Shown here: in pieces, positions 54,166 through 64,000 of the stretch | Layout of the letters: every line of letters begins with the position of its first letter | How positions within the stretch are numbered: position 1 is the first letter of the stretch | Assembly: GCF_009914755.1 (NCBI RefSeq) | Contig: NC_060925.1 | DNA from: the human T2T-CHM13v2.0 reference genome, Homo sapiens | DNA length: 64,000 nt | Strand: one strand, 5' to 3' | The notes under the pieces: generated by a model | What the model was told of the DNA's origin: nothing | What the model saw: the letters and a program-made list of their open reading frames with translations, nothing else | Databases searched by the model: none | Position numbers and translations under genes: made by a program

Positions 54166-55079
54166 TTTTCAACAAGTCTCAATTAGAAAATTTTGCTTGC
54201 ATATTTTTACTCATTTAAGTGACTTCTTTATATATTTGTTTATATTTTTCAATCTGCATGGCATAGCCACAGATCCTTCTGGATGACATTTGCTTTATGA
54301 CTTTATCCTTAGCTCTGTCCCTTGGATGTGACTAGTGTTCCATTCTTGGATTTCAACTTTCCGCCTAGTAGAACTGCAACTTTCCATCGTAGGTGCTGTT
54401 TGTGTCCAAGCTTTAGATTCTCTGGGGACAGAAACTATGCATTATTTATCTTTTGTTCCCCCTGCTATAGTTCACATGATAGGCAAACAAGAAATCCTTA
54501 TATTAAATTAGGAAATGTTGCAGAGGGAAAGTATAAAATAGTCTAAATTAATGTCCTCAAAAAACTTATACAGAATCTAGATATCTCTGCTAAATTACTT
54601 ATTGTTTAGAAATAAGTGTAATGGGCTCACCAAATGATTGAACTACTGTTGAGTGTAGTTTCCTTAAGAAAAAGATAGTTATCAGGCCCATTTTAGAAAC
54701 ACAAATATTCTGAAAATAGAATGAGGAAAAAAATTTTAAAGAGGTAAACTCACCTCAGACAGTCCAGAATATTTATTTTAGATGCTCCCTCAAACAAAAA
54801 TACCAAAATTTAAAAAGGGCCACCTAGCCCTTTGCGTACTAAACATTTACACCAACAAGAATATGTTCTGAACAAATGTTTAGCACAGCATGAGATATTT
54901 AGACCTGACTCCAGATTGCTTCTGAAAAGTGCAGTGTCTGGCATTTTTTAAAAGGAAGTTTTCTAGATTTTATAAAATACAGGATGATGTATTAATCTCA
55001 TATGATTGATATGTGCTAAGGTATATGAGTCTATTAGAATATTCCAATAAACCATTTTCATGTAAGGCACACAATGAAA

Positions 55080-55129
55080 ATGTTTTGTGTTTGTGTTTGT
55101 GTGTTGTGCATATGTGTGTGTGTGTGTGT
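55080..55129. repeat. degenerate (TG)n tract
   Basis: Seen directly. Confidence 0.8.
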
Positions 55130-55644
55130 AATATCCTACTGTGGGATCCACATATATTTATATGAGACCCTTAGTCACTGTTTTCTTCTAAGGGAACTGT
55201 TCACAAGTGAACCCTCAATTCTATTCTTAAATTGAATAAGGGTAAAAAAAATTTCCTGTTTTATTTCCTTTTTAGCAGTAAAGAATTTGTTTATTCATCA
55301 ATTTTTAAAATATTTTACAATTCAAATTTAAATTTTTAAATAGGACAAAGAATGGGTGTGTTTTTGTTCACTGATAGGCAAATTCCTCTATGAACAAAGC
55401 AGATTATAAATAAACAAGCTGAGATTACAAATAGACACATAGACACAAAAGATGTTTTTTGCCAAGTATATTTTGAAAAACATAATCAAACTTGTTACAA
55501 ATCTAGCATTTGAATTTTGTCCTCCCCTAACGATTCTTTTTTTGTTATTCGTTACTAAGATGAGATAGTTAGAGCTGCAAGAAATGCATGCCTCTGGTTA
55601 GCCCTTAAAGACAAATATGTCTATCTAATAAATATGAGGTCCAA

Positions 55645-55868
55645 CTTTGGATCGATGAAGTAGGAGCCAGGATTCCTACAACTAATTCATGAATCTTTGA
55701 CTGATTTTTCTATAGATCTAGGAAAAGCCACTTAAGCTCTTTATGTCTTCACTTTGCAATGTGAATAACAACACAGCATATGCATTACTGGACCCTGTGC
55801 AATTTCTTTGCAAAAACACTTTTAAGATGCTTTGATAAGAAGTACTATGTTAAAGCAAATTATTGCCG
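55645..55868 (+). mobile_element. ancient CORE-SINE (MIR1_Amn-like)
   Basis: MIR-like core (aagccacttaagctctttatgtcttcac) with the tail aaaacacttttaagatgctttgataagaagtactatgttaaagcaaattatt. Confidence 0.5.
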
Positions 55869-57439
55869 TTACTCATTAAGCTGTTTGTAAAGCATAATGA
55901 AAAAAGGAAAGTATGAGCTCATTGCATGCTATGCAAGGGATGCTGGAAATCATTAATGTAGTCAGATTTCTCAGAGTAAATAATTTCAGTCCTACAAGCA
56001 GTTGTCATTGCTAGGGACATTACAATCTCTTAGCTGATATGTTTGCACACCCCTCACTATATTGAATCTAACCAGAAATTTGGTTTCTTGGGTGAAATAG
56101 AATATTCCATTTATTTTTCTTAGTGTTTTGTATCTTATAAGCAATTCATATTCAAATATCCTTCATATTATGGCTTCTAAATCCAGAAGCTACAGATTTA
56201 CAAATCTTACAATTGAACATAGTTTCAACATCAGTGCCATTAGTTTAATAAAGAGATAAACAACGGCATGCATTTATAAAAAAAGTAGCCATTAATTGAC
56301 ACCAAATTTTGTCTAGTAAGATAATGTTCAGTAATATGTCTTTTGTAATGAATTTTGTTAAATGTAACTTTTAAGTTTTACTTCCTTTCTTTTTACCATA
56401 AAGTTAACTGAGGATATTTTTATACTTCACAAATGAAGTCCTTATGCAAAATCAAGCTTAACTTTCTGATGCCTTATTGAGAGCATGTATCCCCACTTTC
56501 AAAGACTACAAGCCATCAAGGATGTGTTGGCCTTTTTTTCCCCTTAAAATAAATCAGAAACCTCTTGCCATAGCCAAGCACACTCATTGATCAGAGGGTT
56601 CTCTTAAATTGACTTGTCATCAGAGAAAACCTCATTTTCTTTCTTCCTTCCTCCCTCTCTCCTCAATGAAGAGGTCACTGATGGGAACAAGAATATATCA
56701 CAAAAGGAGTTTAGAATTTCTTCTTGGCCTTTTCAGAAAGCCACATCCAAAGCAAGTTCACAAAACCTCACATTTCACAAAGACCCAGTGCCTTAAAATA
56801 GAAAAGAAAGAAACTGCAGCGAATACCTCTTACATTTTTTTCCAAAGAAACATTGTCTTCCAATATGAAAAAATTATAAGAATATATAGTTTATGAATAA
56901 TTGCAAGTTTACTCTTCAGTGGTTTTATTTTTCTTCTAGAATGGTCATATGTTCTGATCTGCAGAGTTCAAGTCAGGTATTAAGGATGTGGTCTGATTAT
57001 ACTGAATAGCATACAGGCCTAGAATAGATCTGTAGCTGCTTGAGAAATCTAACAAACAAAAAATCACTTTAAGAATCATGGCTTTTTCAGCAGTTGATGC
57101 TTCTCCTTTTCATGGAGAATTATCCCTAAACTTGGTATTCTGATTTTTATTTTATTTTAGGTTGTTAGTTTTTTCTAGAATGCAATATTAATTTTCACGT
57201 TGAAGATGCAGCAACATTAAGATGAGAATAATTGATTTTAGAAGAATAAGACTTCTAAAATAATTCTTCTAAAATAAAACTTCTAAAATAATCAATTCTA
57301 AATAATTGATTTTAGAATTAAGGACACATTTTATCACATAGGCCCAGGAAGAATTAAGAAATAATCTAACCAACATTTTTTGATAGCACTTCCACACATT
57401 TATATACTTCAGGTTTAGTAGAGTACTTCCCCCATAAGG

Positions 57440-57553
57440 GTCACAATTTTCTGTTAGCCAGTCTATTTTGTTCACCACTGTATTCCCAGCACCTAGAACA
57501 ATGCCTGGAACAGAGGCACACTCAAGTATTGTTAAATAAATGAATAAATGAGT
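57440..57553 (+). mobile_element. L2 3' terminus
   Basis: ttttgttcaccactgtattcccagcacctagaacaatgcctggaacag...ctcaagtattgttaaataaatgaataaatga. Confidence 0.85.
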
Positions 57554-59189
57554 GATTCCTGCTAATCTTCAATTTCTGAAATAGTAAAATGTTTTCCTAA
57601 CCAAATTAGAGTTTCTCAGTACTCCAATTCACCTTGCATCTGAATAACAATAAACTATCCTCCTTCTTGGCTGTTGGTTTAACTAGAGCATTCCTATCAA
57701 GATTTATTCATTACATTATTAATTACTGTTTCAAAGTCCTATACAAAGATTTCTCTGACATCTAAATTTTTTCTCTCTCAATCTTTTAACCTTTGCTATC
57801 TTGTCTAAGAAATTTAATATACAGATTTTGCAATTGTCTTTAGATTTTCACATTTATAAGGAATGTCTTTCTTGTACATCTTTTATGATATCATTATTTG
57901 ATATATTAAGTAGCTCCTGAAATCCCATTTTTATCTGAAGACTATCTAGGATAATTTTTAAATAAAATTTTCCCTGTCTACTCCCCTCTAACACACAATA
58001 GTCTATAGTTGTGTATAGATAAGAAATGATATGCTTATCTATTTAATATTTCTTGTTGAATTACAGCCTATAGCTAGGAAACAAAATATCACAGCAAAAG
58101 AGTTCATTGGAAATAATGACAAATTATGAAACATAATTTTTATACTTTCATGAATTAGAGCTATAATTTCTAAAACTATTAAAGTTTTAATACAAACTTC
58201 TAACTTTCCTTCATTTGTCTTAATAACTTAGCACTAGAAAATTGATTCGATTGCTTATGAAGACAAAAGGGAACAGAAGATGACATCTAAACTTCTTTCC
58301 CAATAAGAAATGGATAGCATAGGATAAAAAATTCCAGCCATAAATAATAAATGTTATCAAATAAAATAAAATGGGAAAGGTTTTAATTGGAGTCTCAAAT
58401 TATAGCAGGTAGGTAATGAGAACTTTCTGGGCCTCAGTTTCCTCATCCATAAATTAGGAATGATACCATCAGAACTCTCATAATACAAAAAAAAAAATCA
58501 ACATGAGTTCTTGAATTATACTCTGCAATACACAACTTCACAAGTTCTAAGAGATACCTATCTGAAGACATACCATGTATTTTGTTGGCCTTTATTTCTA
58601 AATTTCTATTTGGTTTGGTGGGAAGACAGCTTTTATCACTTTTAATTAAATCCTAGGTTAGAAACTTTCATTTAAAATTAAGTTAGTGTAGAAATCAAGC
58701 AAATGGCTTGGGAATTAAAGCCACCATGGCTGACATGCAGGATCTGCCACTCTCTGGCAGATATCTGGCTGATTAACCTTAGGCCTTAGAACTAGTTTGT
58801 TCTTATTGATGTTCTGTTAATACCATTGATGTAAGTATTTTGTGAATTTACTAGATGTTTTATTCTAATTCACTTTTACTTTTTCTAACATATCCCAAAG
58901 AAATAAGCAAACATTATACAAAGATTGAGTGTCCCTCTAAATCAGCAAAAACTCTACCTATAATAGGGGATGCATTTATTTATCCCTGTCAAACTGAAAT
59001 TAAATCACTCCTAGTTTTTAATAGGTTAATCAGCAAACATGTGGAAGTGAGTTCTTCTGCTTGAAAGCCTATGCAGAACACCTAACATTCACAGTCTTTC
59101 CAGCTACTACCAAAGTAATAACTTCCAGGAAAATCTTTGCAGCTGTAGTAATTACTACGAAAAGCCACCAAAATGGCTTATCTTGCTAG

Positions 59190-59390
59190 AAAGTAGAATA
59201 TAAGGGGAACAGCATTCGATTTGGATCCACAGAGATCTTGCTTTGGATTCTAGGTCTGTCTCTTGCTTGCTAAGTAATCTTAAGCAAGCCACTAAAACTC
59301 TTAGAGACTTAATTTCCCCTTTTGTGAAGTGGTAGTAATACTTTCTCTAGATGTCTACAAAGTTTAGGGCTTATTAGCACATGGTTAATA
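59190..59390 (+). mobile_element. MIR
   Basis: ctttaagcaagccactaaaactcttagagacttaatttccccttttgtgaagtgg. Confidence 0.65.
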
Positions 59391-60459
59391 TCTAATTGTG
59401 TTTTAAAAATTTTTCTTACTTTCCACCTTTATCTTAAGGTATGATTATGATTACTTATGGATTTACCCATGTGAATGCTCTCAAAGACAAGATAGAAAAC
59501 TTGATCATTGAATGACCATAAGAATAAATACCCTGCAATTTTGCAGTTGCCAAATGATGTACATTATTGGGAATCAAACTGACTTCTGTGAATTCAGAAC
59601 AGGGATCTTTATTTTCCCAAAGCTGTATTTCTCAAAAATACTCAAACAATTCTGAGCAGTATTAAAAGGAGAAACTAATACAAGATAATTAATCTTTTGT
59701 TTTTAGTCTTGCTCTAGCTTTGCCAATTTGGCAAGATAAAACCATTTCCACTTAAAAGGCATGATGATTTGGTAACATAAATTGAGTCTCTGAATAAGGT
59801 TTATTAATCATGAATTTTGCCAAGACGATGTAATCACTGTTTTCTCTATGTTCTCGGTCTTCTGAGTCCCATTAAATGTCATGGTTGAGGTTTCAAGGCT
59901 AGACATTGACTCCACTGATATTTGAGCCAACCTATAATTTCATATTTCAGCATTTTATAGTCCAAAATATTATTCAATCATAAATATTTGTTGCATTTCT
60001 AATAGAGTCAATAAAGTCTAACATTATCTGTAATCAAATATCAGTTGAATCAGTGGAAAATGAGATTTATCTTTTCAATCAGTACTTTATAAAAACAAAG
60101 CAATAATTTCTTTTGATTTGAAATAAATATCTCTTTAACATGAGTTTCTCTTGAGAAATGTGGGATCATTCTTAGAAATATGAATAATTCTTGAATAGTT
60201 ATTTTGAATACTCATAAAAGAATATTTATTTGTAGTATCAAAAATTGGCAAATGTTGCCATATTAGGTTTGTGGAATATATCAAACCATGTTTAAAGTAT
60301 TTCCAGTTCATAAAACCTAAAGCAAGAACTTGCTGGCCAAGAACTTCATTGCTTAATTCCATTCTTGTATTTACATAAAGGTAATACATATGTGTTTGAT
60401 TCATTCACAGTTAAATTACTTAAATGTTGCTTTTAAAATTATTTACTTTGTTCTTAGGT

Positions 60460-60670
60460 AATGTCTTTCTTTTGAGGAGCTCAAAGCACTCTATAAATGT
60501 TATTGGGCATTTTCACAATACCCTCATGAGGTAGATGGTAATGAGTTCTGTGAATTTCACTTATGTCATTTTTCAAGGGACCAGGGAAACGTTAACACGT
60601 AAGAGCTCAGAGTCTTAGCAGTGTTAGGTCATAAGAGATATGTGTGATATAAGATTTCAGATTTCACTCT
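60460..60670 (-). mobile_element. ancient CORE-SINE (MIR1_Amn-like)
   Basis: gaggagctcaaagcactctataaa...cacaataccctcatgaggtag matches the antisense amniote-type tail. Confidence 0.45.
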
Positions 60671-61405
60671 CATTCTTTGTTTATAATCAAAATGATTTTT
60701 TTTAAGATACTAAAAAATTGATTATGATTACATGGGGGTAAGAATCTATTTCTTTTTTTTTTCCCACTCTCTCTCTTTCCTTTACTGTTGTTAGTCACAT
60801 CCCCTAACCTTTCTCCTCTCCCAACTTTCCTCAGAGTAGGAGGTAGCTGATAATAGCTCTCCTTTAAAAGTATCTCCTGGAAGGATGATCACCGCTATAC
60901 AGTTTGGAAAGAAAAAAATCAGTTGAATAGACATTTAGTGATAAAGTTACTGAATATAACCGAAAATCCAAATTTGTGAAAATGACAAAAATAGCAAGAC
61001 TTTTTTATACTTGGTGTTCCCAACCTACAACCTACCATGAACTAGGAATTCAAGAAAATATTTATAAATTACACTAAATTTATTACACTCCAGATGCTCC
61101 ATCATGCCTTTAATATGTAAGTTAAATCGATAGTTAGTATCTCTTCTACTTAGGGAATTTAAATGGTTACTTCACACTGAGTACTAGGAGAATAATATTA
61201 GGAGAAGTTAGCAGAAACTTACAATTGTCACATTACTAGAAATTAAAGATTGGTTCCTAAATAATATATAGGCTCTTGTGGAAAAATAGAGCTTACAATT
61301 TTCTACTTTGTAAATTTGACTTAAGGAAAATGCAATCTTGAGCACAAAAGAAATCCAGATCATGTGACCTATAGTTGTGATTGTTAAGTAAAGAAAGGGA
61401 TAGGC

Positions 61406-61771
<366 letters not shown>

Positions 61772-62199
61772 TCACAGGAGGCAAGTGACACAAGCAACCA
61801 TTTGTAAAATCTGGAGTTGCTGTTATCTTGCAATAAAGTAATCATCACAAATAAAATAATGCTCTGAAATTAATGGTAATATTTGACATAAAACTAAATT
61901 TTCTAGGCCTGACCAGGTAGATTTCAACAAGTTGGCTAAGGAATATTGGAGAACATCCAATTACCATCTCCATACTCCGCTGTGATTTTTGAATCAGTCT
62001 CAAATTATCCTTATTCTTGTAAGAAAAAAAAAAGGTTAAAATGCATTCTATAGAGATGATTTCTTTGTGTTCTTGTTGTCCTTTAAGTACAATATTTCTA
62101 TATGTCCTTGTATGAGCTCTGTAATAGAAACATTTTACATACAAAATAGGGGAGAACTAATATACACAGGGAGAAAAATACTAAGTGAACCCTTAGGCC

Positions 62200-62360
62200 C
62201 TCTCATTGTCATTAAACTTCCCATAAGATAACTATTTTTATTGTAATATTGCCTTTTTTTAATGAATGAGGAAACAGGTTTACCATATTAAGCAACTTGA
62301 CCATGGTTACAAATCTTAAAAATGCTAAATTTTGAATCAGATCCCAAATTGCCTAACATA
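62200..62360 (-). mobile_element. MIR
   Basis: gaatgaggaaacagg...ttaagcaacttgaccatggttaca. Confidence 0.7.
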
Positions 62361-63669
62361 AGAATGTATGATATTACATGCATATTACTGAAACTCAACT
62401 TATTATTGCTGAAGTTTCTTTAAGAATGAATCTACAGGAGAGAAAAATTAACTTTTTAATTTTAACTTTATTAGCTAGAAAAAGAAAATAATTAGCTTTT
62501 TACTAAGTTGTAACAAATTGTCTCAGGAAAAAAAAAGATGTTGAATTGTAACACTTAAAAAGCTTGGAAATTTATTTTCCAGTAAAAAATTTACTTCAAA
62601 ATTTTACTGTTTTCGGTTCTTGAAAATATAATTGGGCACACATCAAAATATCATCAAGGTTATTAGAAGCCACTGCTATGATGAAATAAGATAACAACTA
62701 ATTTTGCTAAATGGAATCAACAAGGTCTTTAAACACAATTATATTTAAGCTATAATAGGAGCACCGAGCTGTTTTATGAGGCAATAATCTGGTTCCCGTG
62801 TGGATAAAAACTATGAGGCTGAAGGCTGGTTAGAGTTTTGCAATAAGAGAAGTGGATTATTGCCTCGTAAAATCATTCAGCACTTTTCTCATTGTGATTA
62901 TTCTACAAGTCTTCGAGAATTCATTTTTAAATAAATGTCACTACACAAGTAAGTGCTTATGTGGCAAGAAAACTATGACAAAGAAAGTGATAGAGGTAGA
63001 TTGTGGCCTTTGAAATTATAAAAGACACATCGTCTGTAGCCCCAAAGAAAGCAGTTGTCCATAATGTAATAAGGTCTATTCTAAATCTTCAAGATTTCTT
63101 GGATTTTAAAGAAATCTTTTATGTTTTTTTTTTGGGGTCAACAGTCTCCACAAGTGGGTAAAACAGTGGTCTTCTGTGGTGTTTATCTTAGAATCATCTT
63201 CATAGAGAGGACCTGATGTTCATAAAATACCATTAGAAAAGAATATTCACTTCCAGTTCTGTTTCCTATTCTGATTATAGCCCTTACAGGAACCATGTTA
63301 GTTAAAATTGACCTGTTCTTTTATTTATTAATATTCATCATTTGATAATTATCTTTAGTTACTATGTCTTCAGTATATTTTCGTGCACAGAAATATGGTT
63401 TAGACATAAGAAGAATTTAATACATGTTTTCAAGATAGCTAAATGGACTTTACTATATTTCACTGTCAAATGGAATCTTCTATTTCTATAGAGAGAAAAG
63501 GACTGTAAAACTATGAATCTATGATCCAAAAGCTGTTTTTCTAAGGAATACACATTTAAATACAAGTTTAATTTTTTAAATTTCCTGTTTTTATCATATT
63601 CAAGGTGTAGTTTCCTTTTTATTTTCTCACTTTCTTCAACACAAAGTTAAAAATACAAATATAAACAAA

Positions 63670-63865
63670 TACTTAATATTTAATAAAATTTAGTTATATG
63701 TCAAGAGTTCCTGTGTGTATTTGATTTTCAGAGCAGCCCTGGGAAGTAGTAATAATTATTCCCATTTTAGATAATGAAAATGTGGCAAAAAGGTAAAATA
63801 ACCATACTACATTAGAACAAGTAAAATTAAATCGAAGCAAGTTGACTTTAGAGCCTATCCCTTGA
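63670..63865 (-). mobile_element. MIR
   Basis: cagccctgggaagtagtaataattattcccattttagataatgaaaatgtggc. Confidence 0.7.
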
Positions 63866-63892
63866 AATTACAACAACAAACAAATTGACATA

Positions 63893-64000
63893 ATTTTTTG
63901 TATTTTTAAATTGACAAATAATAATTGCATATATTTATGGGGTACAACATGATGTTTCAATACATGTATACATTGTGGCTAATTTGCATGTTTATCACCT
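63893..64000 (-). mobile_element. L1MA 3' end, running off the window
   Basis: tttaaattgacaaataataattgcatatatttatggggtacaacatgatgtttcaatacatgtatacattgtgg. Confidence 0.85.

Noticed and set aside
54754-54921. Candidate 168-nt minus-strand exon (ttttcAG...GAG|GTGAGT)
   Set aside because: Stops in all three frames and only a short pyrimidine tract. Such site pairs occur by chance in 64 kb.
63091-63118. 10-bp stem aagatttctt/aagaaatctt
   Set aside because: Expected by chance in AT-rich DNA, with no supporting context.

Overview
This 64-kb window is AT-rich catarrhine primate genomic DNA (it carries AluS/AluY and L1PA elements; human or ape is likely but not provable here). It looks intergenic or deep-intronic. 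I find no credible host protein-coding exon, RNA gene, CpG island or CRISPR array. The only real protein-like ORFs are broken LINE-1 ORF1/ORF2 fragments. The dominant structure is a three-level nest: an ancient CR1/L3 LINE is split by a full-length L1PA15-like element (15323-28685, with six ~280-bp 5'UTR monomers), which is itself split by a near-full-length L1PA7 (21091-27188) that has no TSD and a ~40-45-bp target deletion. The rest is L2, MIR, MaLR/ERV solo LTRs, DNA-transposon MITEs, six Alus and microsatellites. The most unusual items are an Alu fused to the last ~40 nt of an L1 inside a single 17-bp TSD pair (31941-32310), and a local rearrangement cluster at 41.8-43.5 kb (an LTR fragment copied into a (TA)n tract, plus an inverted half-MADE1 duplication). 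There are also several template-switch scars and a possible LTR-promoter/splice-donor unit on the minus strand. I see no evidence for a novel multi-gene system. Repeat subfamily names come from recalled consensus sequences, not from a database search, and boundaries of old repeats are approximate.
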